NCBI GenBank assembly: GCA_031459385.1
Contig: JAVKIP010000003.1
Span: 113,006-177,005, forward strand
Reading direction: 5' to 3'
Length of the DNA: 64,000 nucleotides
Origin: Candidatus Fervidifonticultor secundus
Lineage (GTDB): Bacteria; Sysuimicrobiota; Sysuimicrobiia; Sysuimicrobiales; Humicultoraceae
Shown here piece after piece: positions 52,324 to 63,264 of the stretch; position 1 is the stretch's first letter; each line of letters starts with the position of its first letter. Both the position numbers and the translations under genes were made by a program. The notes beneath the pieces were generated by a model. The model had not been told where the DNA came from. It made no database searches and saw only the letters and a list, made by a program, of their open reading frames with translations.

Positions 52324-53586
52324 TCAGTTGGTGTTCTCCTCGCTGCTCTTCACGATCGACCGCAGGAAGGCCGCGTTGTTCGCCGTCTTGCGCAGCCGGT
52401 CGAGGATCAGCTCGGTCATCGCCACGGTGTCGAGCTGCTCCAGGCTCTTGCGCAGCACCCACACCTTCCGCAACTCTTCCTCGGACAGGAGCAGTTCCTC
52501 CCGGCGGGTTCCCGACATCTTGATGTCGATCGCCGGGAACGTGCGGCGCTCCTGCAGTTTCCGGTTCAGGTGCAGTTCCATGTTGCCGGTGCCCTTGAAC
52601 TCCTCGTAGATGACGTCGTCCATGCGGCTGCCCGTGTCCACCAGGGCTGTAGCGATGATAGTCAGCGAGCCTCCCTCCTCGATCTTGCGCGCGGCGCCGA
52701 AGAAGCGCTTGGGCCGGTGCAGGGCCGCGGGGTCCAGGCCGCCGGACAGCGTGCGCCCCGACGGCGGGATGACCAGGTTGTTGGCCCGGGAGAACCGCGT
52801 CAGGCTGTCCAGCAGGATCACCACATCCCGGCCCCCCTCGACCAGGCGCTTGGCGCGGTCCAGGACCAGGTCCGCGACTTGAATGTGCTCCTCCGGCGCC
52901 TTGTCGAACGTCGACGCGATGACCTCGGCCTCGACCGAGCGCCGCATGTCGGTGACCTCTTCGGGCCGCTCGTCCAGCAGCAGCACGATCAGGTAGATCT
53001 CGGGATGGTTCTGGACGATCGCCTGCCCGATCTTCTTGAGGAGGGTGGTCTTGCCGGCCTTCGGCGGCGAGACGATCATGCCGCGCTGGCCCTTGCCGAT
53101 GGGCGCAAAGAGGTCGACCACGCGCACGGTCAGGTCGCCGTCGGGGGTCTCCAGCCGGATGCGCTCGTGGGGGAAGACCGGGGTGAGGTGCTCGAATCCC
53201 GGGCGCGTGCGCGCCTGCTCGGGGTCGAGGCCGTTGACCGCCTCGACGCGCAGCAGCGCGTAGTACTTCTCGTTGTCCTTGGGCGGCCGGACCTGGCCCA
53301 GTACCTCGTCGCCGACCCGCAGCCCGAAGCGCTTGATCTGCGACGGCGAGACGTAGATGTCCTCGCTGCCCGGCAGGTAGCCGCTCGTCCGCAGGAAGCC
53401 GTACCCTTCCGGCATGATCTCGAGGATCCCGGCCCGGATCTCCAACCCCTGGGCGGCGGTCTGTGCCTGGAGCACGCGCATGATCAACTCCTGCTTCCGG
53501 AAGCGCCGGAAGTTGGGAATATTGAGTTCCTTGGCCAGATCCTGGAGCTCCGCCAGGGTCTTGGCCTCAAGTTCTGCGATAGCCAC
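52324..53586 (-). CDS. rho: Transcription termination factor Rho
   Basis: GTG start. The N-terminus is [14 protein letters not shown], followed by an RNA-binding domain, Walker [11 protein letters not shown] and RTFPAIDI. Confidence 0.95.
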   Translation of the reverse strand: MAIAELEAKTLAELQDLAKELNIPNFRRFRKQELIMRVLQAQTAAQGLEIRAGILEIMPEGYGFLRTSGYLPGSEDIYVSPSQIKRFGLRVGDEVLGQVRPPKDNEKYYALLRVEAVNGLDPEQARTRPGFEHLTPVFPHERIRLETPDGDLTVRVVDLFAPIGKGQRGMIVSPPKAGKTTLLKKIGQAIVQNHPEIYLIVLLLDERPEEVTDMRRSVEAEVIASTFDKAPEEHIQVADLVLDRAKRLVEGGRDVVILLDSLTRFSRANNLVIPPSGRTLSGGLDPAALHRPKRFFGAARKIEEGGSLTIIATALVDTGSRMDDVIYEEFKGTGNMELHLNRKLQERRTFPAIDIKMSGTRREELLLSEEELRKVWVLRKSLEQLDTVAMTELILDRLRKTANNAAFLRSIVKSSEENTN

Positions 53587-53717
53587 GAGGGGGTCACGCT
53601 CCTGTCAGTTGTTCTATGCCCGATTCCCCGGACATCTCTCCACGCTCTACGGCCCCCGGCGGCACCCTCCGGGCGGGGCACGGCGGCCGCCGCGGCCCGA
53701 ATCGCCTCGAGACCGAC

Positions 53718-54389
53718 CTATACCCGGGTCCGACGGGCCTCCAGCTCTGCCTGCAGGCGCCGGGCGTCCGCGAGGAACCGCTCCAGCCCCACGTCGGTCA
53801 GGGTGTGCTTGAAGAGTTGCTCCATGACCTTGAAGGGCATGGTGGCCACGTCGGCGCCCGCCCGGGCCGCTTCGACGACGTGCACGGGGTGGCGCAGGCT
53901 CGCGGCCAGCACTCTGGTCTCGAACCGGTAGGTCCGGAAGACCGTCACGATGTCGCGCACGACCTGCATGCCGTCGTGCCCGATGTCGTCCAACCGGCCC
54001 ACGAACGGGCTGACGTAGGTGGCACCGGCCTTGGCCGCCAGCAGCGCCTGGTTCACGGAGAAGACCAGGGTGACGTTGACCGGGATGCCCCGGGCGCGCA
54101 GGGCGCGCAGCGCCAGAAGGCCCGCAGGGGTGACGGGCACCTTGACCACCACGTTGGGCGCCCACGTGGCGAACTCCTCGCCTTCGCGAACCATACCGTC
54201 GGCGTCGGCCACGGTGGTCTCGACACTCACGGGGCCGGACGTGATGCGGCAGATCTCCTCGATCTGGGCCCGATGCGGGCGCCCTTCCTTCGCCACCAGG
54301 GTCGGGTTGGTGGTGACGCCATCCAGGATGCCCCACCCGTGCGCCGTGCGGATCTCCTCCAGGTTGGCGGTGTCCACGAAGAAGAGCAT
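53718..54389 (-). CDS. tal: Transaldolase family 3B / fructose-6-phosphate aldolase
   Basis: [22 protein letters not shown], Schiff-base Lys in VVVKVP and [13 protein letters not shown] are present. Confidence 0.9.
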   Translation of the reverse strand: MLFFVDTANLEEIRTAHGWGILDGVTTNPTLVAKEGRPHRAQIEEICRITSGPVSVETTVADADGMVREGEEFATWAPNVVVKVPVTPAGLLALRALRARGIPVNVTLVFSVNQALLAAKAGATYVSPFVGRLDDIGHDGMQVVRDIVTVFRTYRFETRVLAASLRHPVHVVEAARAGADVATMPFKVMEQLFKHTLTDVGLERFLADARRLQAELEARRTRV

Positions 54390-54393
54390 CGCC

Positions 54394-55884
54394 TCACCGT
54401 CCCGTGGCTTCGATGTACATGACCTCGCCGGCGTCGGTCGGCTTGAGCATCTTCAACTGGTCGCCGGGGCGCAGCTGCAGCAGCAGCACCGGCTGGTCGT
54501 TGCGGTAGATCGCGCTCAAGACCGCGACGCGGTGCGAGCGGATCTGCTTGTTGGCGTCTTCGACAACCACGATGGGCGGCGGGCCGCCGCGGATCTCGCG
54601 CAGGGTGGCGGTGGTGTAGTCATAGCGGCCCAGCGCCTCCATGAGGGCGTTGAAGGCCAGCACGGCGTCGCCGCGGGTCGCGGTCCGGCCCGGCCGGAAC
54701 GCCCCGTCGCCGGCCGGCAGCACCAGCCGGCGCTCGAGCGCGACGACCACGCTCCCGCGGTGCTCGACCGGCACGTCCCCGGCGTCAGGGATGCGCAGCG
54801 GGTCGTTGGCCTTGTGCACCGCCTCGCCGGCCAGGCCCATGGCCCGCACGACGAAGGCGGCCAGTTCGGCCCGCGTCACGGGCTGGCGCGGCCGGAAGGT
54901 GTTGTCGGGAAACGCCGTGATGACCCCCCGCTGGAAGCCGATCACCAGCTGCGTCGGGTTGTCCTTGGTGGTGTGCACGGCCACCAGCTCGTAGCGCCCG
55001 GGCCGCACCGGCTGGTCGTTCTGGTCGAGCTGCCGCCACCGCGTCATCTCGACGTACCTGGCCCCGGCCGCCAGCGGCCACGGCCGGTCGACGGCCTGGA
55101 ACGGCCGGTTCAGCGACCAGCGGGCCACCTCGTTGCCCTCGACGTCGCGCACGATGAAGTCGTGGAACTGCGAGGTGGCGTACTCGAACCAGACGTCCGG
55201 GAGGAAGAACACCCGGAGGCCGGCCCTGGGCTCGACCTTCCCCGGCTCGACCACCTCCAGCAACGTGCCGTCGTTGCGCACGTCGACCACGCGGACGCGG
55301 CCCACGGCCTCGCGCCCCGGCCCCTGGGGCCGCTGGGTCTCGACGTAGAGCTGGCCCTCGTACCCCGCCCGGAGCCCTTCGCTGAGCCGGATGCGCGGGC
55401 GGCCCCGGTCGAGCCCGGTGATGACAGTCTCGCGTCCGGGGCCCTCGTTGGCGATGGTGAGGGTCATCTCGACCGTTTCATCGGGCGCGTAAGAGACCTT
55501 GTTCACGGTGAACGTGTAGGTGACGGTCCCCTTGCGCAGCTCCACCCGGCGGGCCGAGACCGTCCCCAGGCTGACAGCCGCCGCCACCGCCGGCCGGTCG
55601 CCGGGCGGGATCTGGTCGACGTCGCGGAAGTCGGGGACGCGCACCCCCCCGGTGGGGAGCCCGATCGTGCGTGCCAGGAAGACCGCCATGTCCAAGCGCG
55701 TCAGCGGCTCGTCGGGCGCCAGCCGGCCGTCGGGGAGCCGCGTGACGATCCCCTTGGCGGCCAGGCGCTCGGCGGCCCGACGCGACGGGTGATCGCGCAT
55801 GTCGGTGAAGATCTGGGCCGCCGCCGGCACCCCCAGCAGCACCAGCGCCGCCACCGCGGCGAGCACGCGCATCAGCATCGTCAT
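54394..55884 (-). CDS. SLH-domain cell-wall-anchored protein with BsuPI-like inhibitor domains
   Basis: It has a signal peptide and SLH-like repeats ([60 protein letters not shown]). The middle part has [20 protein letters not shown], resembling the BsuPI fold. Confidence 0.7.
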   Translation of the reverse strand: MTMLMRVLAAVAALVLLGVPAAAQIFTDMRDHPSRRAAERLAAKGIVTRLPDGRLAPDEPLTRLDMAVFLARTIGLPTGGVRVPDFRDVDQIPPGDRPAVAAAVSLGTVSARRVELRKGTVTYTFTVNKVSYAPDETVEMTLTIANEGPGRETVITGLDRGRPRIRLSEGLRAGYEGQLYVETQRPQGPGREAVGRVRVVDVRNDGTLLEVVEPGKVEPRAGLRVFFLPDVWFEYATSQFHDFIVRDVEGNEVARWSLNRPFQAVDRPWPLAAGARYVEMTRWRQLDQNDQPVRPGRYELVAVHTTKDNPTQLVIGFQRGVITAFPDNTFRPRQPVTRAELAAFVVRAMGLAGEAVHKANDPLRIPDAGDVPVEHRGSVVVALERRLVLPAGDGAFRPGRTATRGDAVLAFNALMEALGRYDYTTATLREIRGGPPPIVVVEDANKQIRSHRVAVLSAIYRNDQPVLLLQLRPGDQLKMLKPTDAGEVMYIEATGR

Positions 55885-56054
55885 GGCGGAGGACGCCTCC
55901 TCGATCTGCGCTGGCAGCCTGCAGGTTGGTTATGCGTTGACGCCGGACTCACTATGGGTCTCACGTCGCCTGGGACACGGCCCGGACACTGAGGGCCGAG
56001 AAGGTCGCCGGCGGGCGGGACACACCAGCCGTCACGTGCGAATCGTGCGAAATA

Positions 56055-56084
56055 TTTGTACCACACTCCATGTCGCGGTTGCAA
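56055..56084 (-). promoter_or_regulatory. Candidate promoter of the SLH-protein gene
   Basis: On the minus strand: TTGCAA, an 18-nt spacer ending in TGG, then TACAAA. It sits in the only AT-rich patch of the argS/SLH intergenic region and implies a ~170-nt 5' UTR. Confidence 0.35.
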
Positions 56085-56160
56085 GCCTGGTCCCCTCGGC
56101 CTGCCCTGTCCCACGCCCTCCCAGCCCCCGAGGGGCTCCCTGAACCCTCGCCGCCCGGGT

Positions 56161-57852
56161 CTACATCCGGTCGGGGGCAGAGACCCCCAGCAGGCCCAGC
56201 ACCCGCCGGAGCACGGTGCGGGTGGCGTCCACCAGGGCCAGCCGGGCTGCGGTCAGCTCGGCATCGTCGCCGAGCACGCGGCAGTGGGTGTAGAACAGGT
56301 GGAAGGCTTCGGCCACCTCGCGCGCGTAGGCGCACAGCCGGTGCGGCTCCCGGCGCAGGCCGGCGGTGCGGACGACCTCGGGGAACTCGGCGAGGGTGTG
56401 GATCAGGATCGCCTCGTGCTCGTGCTCGAGGCGGGCCAGCGCGGCCCCGTGGGGGTTGCCCGGCGCAGCCGGCCGCAGGGCCTGCGCGGCGGCCTCGCGG
56501 AGGATGCCCGCGATCCGCGCGTGGGCGTACTGCACGTAGTAGACGGGGTTGTCCTGCGAGTGCCGCACCGCCAGCGCCACGTCGAAGTCCATGGGCACCG
56601 TGTACGAGGTCATGGCGTAGAAGTACCGGGCGGCGTCGGTGCCCACGGCGTCGATCAGGTCGCGCAGCGTGACGAACTCGCCGCTGCGCTTGGACATCCG
56701 GAGCACCTCGCCCTCGTTCTTCAGCCGCACGTGCTGGTGGATGAGCAGCTCCAGCGTCCCCGGGGACACGCCCAGGGCCTGCAGCCCGCCCTGCACCCGC
56801 GCCACGTCCCCGATGTGGTCGATCCCCCACACGTCGATGAGCAGGTCGAAGCCGCGGGCCAGCTTGTCGAGGTGGTACGCCAGATCGGTGGCGAAGTACG
56901 TCCAGCCGCCGTCGGGCCGCCAGACGACCCGGTCCTTCTCGTCGCCGAAGCTCGTCGCGCGGAACCACACCTTGTCGTCGGCCTCGTAGATGTAGCCACG
57001 CGCACGCAGCATCTCCAGGACGCGATCCACCGCGCCCGAGGCGACCAGCGCGCGTTCGCTGAACCACACGTCGAACCGGACGCGAAAGCGCGCCAGGACC
57101 TCGCGGATCTCGGCCAGAACCGCGTCCACCGCCACCTGCCGGAAGTGTTCCAGGCGCTGCGCCTCGGGCCGCTCGAGCCAGGCCGGGCCGTCCCGGGCGG
57201 CGATTGCGCGCGCCAGGTCCACCACGTAGTCGCCGCGGTAGCCGTCGTCGGGGAACGGCATGGCGCGGCCGAACTGCTCGAAGTACCGCGCCTCCACCGA
57301 GCGCGCCAGGTTCACGACCTGCTGGCCGGCGTCGTTGACGTAGTACTCGCGCGTGACCTCGAAGCCCAGCGCGGCCAGCAGGTTGGCGACGACGTCGCCC
57401 ACCACGGCGTTGCGGCCCGTGCCGACGTGCAGCGGCCCCGTGGGGTTGGCGCTGACGAACTCCACGTTCACGCGCACGCGCGACCCGTCGGGCCGCACCC
57501 CGAGCGGCTGGGTCCCGTACGCCTCGCCGGCCTGCAGAATCGCGGCGACCAGCTCGCGCCGCCACGGCCACGCCACCGTCAGGTTGATGAACCCGGGGCC
57601 GGCCACCTGCGCCCTGGCGATCCGCGCCGCCGGCGGCGCCCAGGCTGCCAGCAGCCGCTCGGCCACCTCCTGCGGCTTGAGGCCTGTGATCCGGGCCAGC
57701 ACCAGCGCCGCGTTGGTGGCGTAGTCGCCGTGGCGCCGGTCGCGTGGTACCTCGACCTCCACCTCGGGGAGATCGGCCGGCGGCAGCGCCCCGGTCTCCA
57801 TGGCCCGCCCGATGGCGGCCCGCAGCTCGGCTCGCAGCACGTCGCGAAACAT
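56161..57852 (-). CDS. argS: Arginine--tRNA ligase
   Basis: ATG at 57852 (MFRDVLRAELRAAI). It has the HIGH-type region SANPTGPLHVGTGRN and the C-terminal DALR anticodon-binding domain. Confidence 0.93.
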   Translation of the reverse strand: MFRDVLRAELRAAIGRAMETGALPPADLPEVEVEVPRDRRHGDYATNAALVLARITGLKPQEVAERLLAAWAPPAARIARAQVAGPGFINLTVAWPWRRELVAAILQAGEAYGTQPLGVRPDGSRVRVNVEFVSANPTGPLHVGTGRNAVVGDVVANLLAALGFEVTREYYVNDAGQQVVNLARSVEARYFEQFGRAMPFPDDGYRGDYVVDLARAIAARDGPAWLERPEAQRLEHFRQVAVDAVLAEIREVLARFRVRFDVWFSERALVASGAVDRVLEMLRARGYIYEADDKVWFRATSFGDEKDRVVWRPDGGWTYFATDLAYHLDKLARGFDLLIDVWGIDHIGDVARVQGGLQALGVSPGTLELLIHQHVRLKNEGEVLRMSKRSGEFVTLRDLIDAVGTDAARYFYAMTSYTVPMDFDVALAVRHSQDNPVYYVQYAHARIAGILREAAAQALRPAAPGNPHGAALARLEHEHEAILIHTLAEFPEVVRTAGLRREPHRLCAYAREVAEAFHLFYTHCRVLGDDAELTAARLALVDATRTVLRRVLGLLGVSAPDRM

Positions 57853-57859
57853 CGCCTGA

Positions 57860-59065
57860 CTATACCATACGCCCGGCGGCCGGTTTCGGCACCCACTTGC
57901 CCAGCACGCGCGGGCCTGCGGCGCCGGTGGCGGCCGGCACGTTGGTCGGCCGCCCCGCCACCGCCTCCGAGGCCAGCAGGGCAAACGCCATCGCTTCCTT
58001 CAACTTGGCGTCGACCCCGAACTCGTCGCAGGTCCGCACGGGCACCGACAGCCCCGCAGCGATGCGCCGGCGCAGGAACGCGTTGTACGCGCCGCCGCCG
58101 CACAGCACGACCTCGTCCAGGCCGGCGCGAGGCACCAGGAAGTCGCGGCAGGCGCGCACGATGCTGTCGGCGGTGAGCGCCGAGACCGTGGCCACGATGT
58201 CCTCGAGCACGAGCCCGCGCCGCCGGGCCTCCTCGAGCAGGCGAGCGGCGTGGGGCCGGCCGTAGACCTCGCGCCCGGTGGACTTGGGCGGGGGCAGGTG
58301 CAGGTACGGGTCGTCGAGCAGCGCCGCCAGCCACGCCTCGTCGACGCGGCCTGCGATGGCCATGGCGCCGTCGCGGTCGAACGCCTGGGCGCCGCCGGTG
58401 AGCGTGCGCACCGTCTCGTCGATGAGCATGTTGCCCGGGCCGGTGTCGAAGGCCACGGCCGCCCGCGGGCCCCTGGCCGCCGGCTCGGTGCCGGCCGGCA
58501 GGTACGTGACGTTCGCGATCCCCCCGATGTTCTGGACGGCGCGGGCCAGCGTCGGGTGGCGGAACACCACCAGGTCGAAGTAGGGCACCAGCGGCGCGCC
58601 GTGGCCGCCAGCGGCGATGTCGGCCACGCGGAAGTCGGCGACGACCGGCAGCCCGGTGCGCTCGGCGATCACCGCCGGCTCGCCGATCTGCAGCGTCGCG
58701 CCGGCTGGCGCGGGGATGTGCCAGACCGTCTGCCCGTGCGATCCGATCAGGTCTACCTGGTCGGGCCGCCGACCGCTGCGGGCGATCACGGCCAGCGCCG
58801 CCTCGGCGAACAGTTCGCCCAGCCGGAAGTTGAACCGGCAGATCCGGTCGACCGTGCCGGTGGCCGGCTCGAACAGGCGGAAGAGCTCCTCCCGGTCGGC
58901 CTGGGGCAGCGGGTGGGTCAGGCCCGCGAGCAGCCGCAGCCTGGCCTCCAGGCCCCAGCCCTGGATCTCCACGAGCGCCGCGTCGATGCCATCGGCAGAG
59001 GTCCCCGAGATCAACCCGACGACCACCCGCGGGTCCTTGCGGGCCAGGTCAGCGATCTCGCGCAT
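57860..59065 (-). CDS. anmK: Anhydro-N-acetylmuramic acid kinase
   Basis: ATG at 59065. The translation includes VVVGLISGTSADGIDAALVEI and IGGIANVTYLP. Confidence 0.9.
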   Translation of the reverse strand: MREIADLARKDPRVVVGLISGTSADGIDAALVEIQGWGLEARLRLLAGLTHPLPQADREELFRLFEPATGTVDRICRFNFRLGELFAEAALAVIARSGRRPDQVDLIGSHGQTVWHIPAPAGATLQIGEPAVIAERTGLPVVADFRVADIAAGGHGAPLVPYFDLVVFRHPTLARAVQNIGGIANVTYLPAGTEPAARGPRAAVAFDTGPGNMLIDETVRTLTGGAQAFDRDGAMAIAGRVDEAWLAALLDDPYLHLPPPKSTGREVYGRPHAARLLEEARRRGLVLEDIVATVSALTADSIVRACRDFLVPRAGLDEVVLCGGGAYNAFLRRRIAAGLSVPVRTCDEFGVDAKLKEAMAFALLASEAVAGRPTNVPAATGAAGPRVLGKWVPKPAAGRMV

Positions 59066-59135
59066 GGTGTCTCCTCCGGGCCAGGCAGTTCCCGTCGCAG
59101 CCGTCCGCGGTGACCGGCCCGTGGTTCCATGCGCG

Positions 59136-60104
59136 TCACCGCCGCGCCGCGGCACCCCCGACCGCCCGGCGCACGTGCCCGCCGGCACGGGCCAGCCGCC
59201 GCTCTGCCGCGGCCCGGCTGCAGCGGGCCAGCGCCATCACGATGGCTACCTTCGGCCGGCCCCCGGCCGCGCGCAGCAGCCGCGCGGCCTCGCCGGCATC
59301 GACGCCGGCGGCCTCGGCCACGATGCGCCAGGCCCGCGCCAGCAGCTTCCGGTTGGACGGTACCACGTCCACCATGAGGTTGGAGTAGACCTTGCCCAGA
59401 CGCACCATGGCCGCGGTGCTCAACATGTTCAGCACTAGCTTCTGCGCCGTGCCGGCCTTCATGCGCGTGGAGCCGGTGAGGACCTCGGGCCCCACGCGCG
59501 GCGTGATGGCCACGTGCGCGGTGCGCGCGAGCGGCGAACCGGGCGCGCTGGTGACGCCGACCACGACCGCGCCCCTGCGCCGCGCCTCGTCCACGGCGCC
59601 GAGCACGAACGGCGTGACGCCGCTCGCGGTCAGGCCCACCACCACGTCGCGACGGCCGACGCGCAGCGCCCTGATCTGCGCTGCGCCGCCCGCGCGGTCG
59701 TCCTCGGCCGGCGCGGCCGCGCCGATGGTCGCCCGGGCGCCGCCGGCGACCACGGTCCGGATACGGTCCGGGCGCACCCCGAACGTCGGCGGCCACTCCA
59801 GCGCGTCGAGCAGGCCGATGCGGCCGCTGGTGCCGGCGCCCACGTAGACGACGCGGCCGCCGGCGCGCAGCGCCCGCACCACGGCCGCGACCGCGCGCGC
59901 GATGCGCGGGATCTCGGCGGCCACCGCCGCGGGCACCCGCCGGTCCTCGCGGTTGATGAGGCGCAGGATCTCCACAACCGACAGGCGGTCGAGGTCGCGC
60001 GAGGCGGGGTTGCGCTGTTCCGTGGGCAGGCGGTCGAGGGTGCGCAACAGGGCAGCCTGCCGCCCGGTGGGGCGCGGGTCCGGGGCGGCGCGGCGGGCCG
60101 TCAC
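59136..60104 (-). CDS. murQ: N-acetylmuramic acid 6-phosphate etherase
   Basis: GTG at 60104 overlaps the upstream stop (GTGA). The SIS domain has VYVGAGTSGRIG, and LTGSTRMKAGTAQK is present. Confidence 0.9.
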   Translation of the reverse strand: MTARRAAPDPRPTGRQAALLRTLDRLPTEQRNPASRDLDRLSVVEILRLINREDRRVPAAVAAEIPRIARAVAAVVRALRAGGRVVYVGAGTSGRIGLLDALEWPPTFGVRPDRIRTVVAGGARATIGAAAPAEDDRAGGAAQIRALRVGRRDVVVGLTASGVTPFVLGAVDEARRRGAVVVGVTSAPGSPLARTAHVAITPRVGPEVLTGSTRMKAGTAQKLVLNMLSTAAMVRLGKVYSNLMVDVVPSNRKLLARAWRIVAEAAGVDAGEAARLLRAAGGRPKVAIVMALARCSRAAAERRLARAGGHVRRAVGGAAARR

Positions 60105-61090
60105 GGGTCGCGGCCGTCCTCTACCGCCACGGGCGGGAAGGCCCGCGAGAGGTCGCGGACCATCCCCTCGACGTCCGCACCCGCCGCCCGGGCGGCCAGC
60201 AGTGCCGCGCCCACCTCCGGCGGGAAGCGAGCCGGCCGCAGGCGAGGTACGCATCCGGCCGCAGCCAGGGCGCGGAGCATCGGGCCGCGCAGCATCTCCC
60301 CGGCCTCGAACATCCCGCCGGTGGCGACCAGCGCGAAGGGCGTCTGCGCCCACCCCAGCCGCCGCGCCACCGCCGCCACCATCGCGGCGAGCGCTTCCCC
60401 TGCGTTCGCCATGATCCGCAGCGCCACCGCATCGCCGGCGCGCGCCGCGCCCGCGGCCAGCGGCGCGACCGCTGCCACCTGGTCGATGCTCAGGCCCCGG
60501 ACGATGAGCTTCAGCGACGCCAGCGAGGCCAGGCCGAAGCGCGCCCGCACCTCCTCCGCCAGGGCCGTGGCCGGGCCGCGGCCGTCGAAGGCCTGCATAG
60601 CGGCGCGCAGGATGGCGCGGCCCACATCGTACCCGCTGCCTTCGTCGTTCAGCAGCGGCCCCCACCCGCCGGCGCGCGCCCGGCGGCCGGCCGCGTCGAC
60701 GCCGAAGGCAACAGAACCGGTCCCCGCGACGATCACGATGCCCGGCTGCAGGGCCGTGCCTCCGGCGAGCGCCACCGCCGCATCGTGGTCGATGGCGACC
60801 AGACGCGCCACACCGGCGCCGCGCAACGCTCGCTCGAGCCGCTCCCGGATGTCCGGGTCGTCCGCGCCCGCGAGCCCTGCCCCCAATGCGGCCACAGGTG
60901 GCGTCAGGCCGGCCTGCGCCAGGGCAGCCCGGGCCGCCTCGGCGACCACGGCTGCCGCTTCCTCGGGCTCGCGGTGGTAGGCGCTGGCCGACCGCACCGT
61001 CGCCACGTTTCGCGCCGCACCGCCGGCCAGGACCACCGCCCGGGTCTTGGTCGCGCCACCGTCCACGCCGATGAGCACCGCCTCAGCCAT
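60101..61090 (-). CDS. BadF/BadG/BcrA/BcrD-type ATPase (GlcNAc/MurNAc kinase-like)
   Basis: ATG at 61090. MAEAVLIGVDGGATKTR, VIVAGTGSVAFG and WGPLLNDEGSGYDVG are present. Confidence 0.8.
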   Translation of the reverse strand: MAEAVLIGVDGGATKTRAVVLAGGAARNVATVRSASAYHREPEEAAAVVAEAARAALAQAGLTPPVAALGAGLAGADDPDIRERLERALRGAGVARLVAIDHDAAVALAGGTALQPGIVIVAGTGSVAFGVDAAGRRARAGGWGPLLNDEGSGYDVGRAILRAAMQAFDGRGPATALAEEVRARFGLASLASLKLIVRGLSIDQVAAVAPLAAGAARAGDAVALRIMANAGEALAAMVAAVARRLGWAQTPFALVATGGMFEAGEMLRGPMLRALAAAGCVPRLRPARFPPEVGAALLAARAAGADVEGMVRDLSRAFPPVAVEDGRDP

Positions 61091-62282
61091 CGCACGCCTC
61101 GATGACGGCGTCGTGGAAGGCCGGGCGGAACGCCACGATGGCCTCGCCGGACGCCGATGGATGCACACGGTTCGTCAGCAGGACGATGACGAGCGCACGC
61201 GCCGGATCGACGAGCAGGGAGGTGCCGGTGAACCCCGTGTGGCCAAACGCCGCCGGGGAGGCGCGGCGGCCCGCGAACGGCCAGCCCGCCAGCGCCCATC
61301 CGAGTCCGCGCCGTCCTGGCTGTGCGTCCCCCGTGTGGTCGCGCGTCGCCTCTGCGATGACCTCTGCCGGCAGGAGCCGCGCGCCATCGGCGACGCCGCC
61401 GCCAAGCCAGGCCTCGCCCGCGCGCGCCACGTCGGCGGCAGTCCCGAACAGGCCAGCGTGGCCGGCCACTCCGCGCCCCACGTACCAGGCGTTGCCGTCG
61501 TGCACCTCGCCCCGCAGCACGTGGGTGCGCCAGCGAAACCTCGCCCCTAGTCCCTGTTCGGCCGCCCGCTGGCGCTCGTAGGCGTTGCCTGTCTCCGTGG
61601 CCACGCAGCGCCACGACGCCGGCGGCCGGTAGCGCAGCGTGCGCAGCCCCAGGGGCCGTGCGACGAGGCGTCGGACGAGCCGGTCCAGCGGCTCGCCTGC
61701 GACCCGCTCGACCAGATAGCCCAGCGCGATGAATCCCAGGTCGCTGTACTCCACCCTGGCGCCCGGAGGCGCGGCTAGCGGGGTGGCGGCGATGCGGCGG
61801 GTGGCCTCCGCCACCGTGCGGCAGGCGCGGTGGCGGAGGCCGCGGGGGGCGCCGGCCGCCGGCAGATAGAGCGGTTCCCACGCGGGCAGGCCCGCCGTGT
61901 GCACCAGGAGGTGGCGCACCGTGACAGCTGCGTGCGCCCCGTGCCCGAAGGCGGGGAGGTAGACGGCGACGGCCGCGTCCAGGTCGAGACGGCGCCGGCT
62001 CCAGAGGTCCAGGACCACGGCGGCCGTCGCCAGGGGCTTGGTCAGGCTGGCCAGGTCGAAGACGGCGTCGAGGGTCATCGGCCGAGGCCGCGGGACGACC
62101 TGGGCCCGGCCGAAGGCGGCGTGCGCGAGCCACCGCCCCTCCTGGCGCACGGCCACCACGGCGCCCGGGAACACCCCCCGCGCCAGGCCATCGGCGATCG
62201 CCGCGCGCACCGCGTCGCGCACCCGTGCCGCGGCGGCCGGCCGCTGGCGGGATGTTGTCGCGCGCAGCCCGGGAGGAGTCAC
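61083..62282 (-). CDS. Serine hydrolase (class C beta-lactamase / PBP4*-like family)
   Basis: The S-x-x-K motif is in FDLASLTKPLATA, and a Tyr-x-Asn-like region and HTGFTGTS are present. It overlaps the kinase gene by 8 nt. Confidence 0.75.
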   Translation of the reverse strand: MTPPGLRATTSRQRPAAAARVRDAVRAAIADGLARGVFPGAVVAVRQEGRWLAHAAFGRAQVVPRPRPMTLDAVFDLASLTKPLATAAVVLDLWSRRRLDLDAAVAVYLPAFGHGAHAAVTVRHLLVHTAGLPAWEPLYLPAAGAPRGLRHRACRTVAEATRRIAATPLAAPPGARVEYSDLGFIALGYLVERVAGEPLDRLVRRLVARPLGLRTLRYRPPASWRCVATETGNAYERQRAAEQGLGARFRWRTHVLRGEVHDGNAWYVGRGVAGHAGLFGTAADVARAGEAWLGGGVADGARLLPAEVIAEATRDHTGDAQPGRRGLGWALAGWPFAGRRASPAAFGHTGFTGTSLLVDPARALVIVLLTNRVHPSASGEAIVAFRPAFHDAVIEACDG

Positions 62283-62325
62283 GCGGGCCGCGGGCCCGGC
62301 AGGCCGCAGGACGTCGGCAGGCGCG

Positions 62326-63264
62326 TCATCGCAGCCTGGGGTCCAGCAGGTCGCGCAGCCCGTCGCCGAGCAGGTTGAACCCGAGCACCACCACCATGAT
62401 CGCCAGCCCCGGGAAGACCGCGTTCCAGGGCGCCAGCTCCAGGAACTGCCGGCCCTCGCTCAGCATGTTCCCCCACGAGGGCGTGGGTGGCTGCGTGCCC
62501 AGGCCCAGGAACGACAGGGCCGACTCCGAAAGGATTGCCAGCGACAGGCTCAGCGAGACCTGCACGATCACGGGCGCCAGCACGTTGGGCAGCACGTGGC
62601 GCCCGAGGATGCGCCCGTGGCCGAGCCCCAGTGCCCGGGCGGCGTCCACGAACTCGAGCCCGCGGACCGCGAGCGCGGCCGCCCGCGCCACCCGCGCGAA
62701 CTGCGGCGTGTAGACGATGCCGATGGCCAGCACCAGGTTGAACAGGCTCGTGCCGAGCACGGCCATGATGGCGATGGCCAGCAGGATCGCCGGGAACGCG
62801 AACAGGACGTCCATGGCGCGCATGACCACGGCGTCCCACCACCCGCCGTAGTAGCCCGCGGCCAGGCCGAGGGTCGTGCCCAGCGCCAGCGCCGTCAGCA
62901 CCGACAGGAAGGCCACCACCAGCGAGACGCGGGAGCCCACGAGCACCCGGCTGAACACGTCCCGGCCGAACTCGTCGGTGCCGAACCAGTAGCGCGCGCC
63001 CGGCGGGCGCAGGCTATCCTCCGGGTGCATCGCGCGCACGTCATGGGGCACGAGGCGCGGGGCCAGGGCGCCCACCAGCACCGACGTCAGCACGATAGCC
63101 AGGCCCAAAGGCGCCGCGCGGGTACGCCAGAACCGCCGCGCCCACCACCGCCAGCCGACCTGCAGGCGCGGCCCCTCGGCCGCGGCCGCCGCAGCCCGTC
63201 CCGCGCGGACGGCGGGGGCGGGCGCCGAGCTAGCCGTATCGGATCCGCGGGTCGATCCAGGCAT
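62326..63264 (-). CDS. ABC transporter permease (oligopeptide/dipeptide OppC/DppC type)
   Basis: The N-terminal FGTDEFGRDVFSRVL motif and the EAA loop (ARALGLGHGRILGRHVLPN) are present. Confidence 0.85.
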   Translation of the reverse strand: MPGSTRGSDTASSAPAPAVRAGRAAAAAAEGPRLQVGWRWWARRFWRTRAAPLGLAIVLTSVLVGALAPRLVPHDVRAMHPEDSLRPPGARYWFGTDEFGRDVFSRVLVGSRVSLVVAFLSVLTALALGTTLGLAAGYYGGWWDAVVMRAMDVLFAFPAILLAIAIMAVLGTSLFNLVLAIGIVYTPQFARVARAAALAVRGLEFVDAARALGLGHGRILGRHVLPNVLAPVIVQVSLSLSLAILSESALSFLGLGTQPPTPSWGNMLSEGRQFLELAPWNAVFPGLAIMVVVLGFNLLGDGLRDLLDPRLR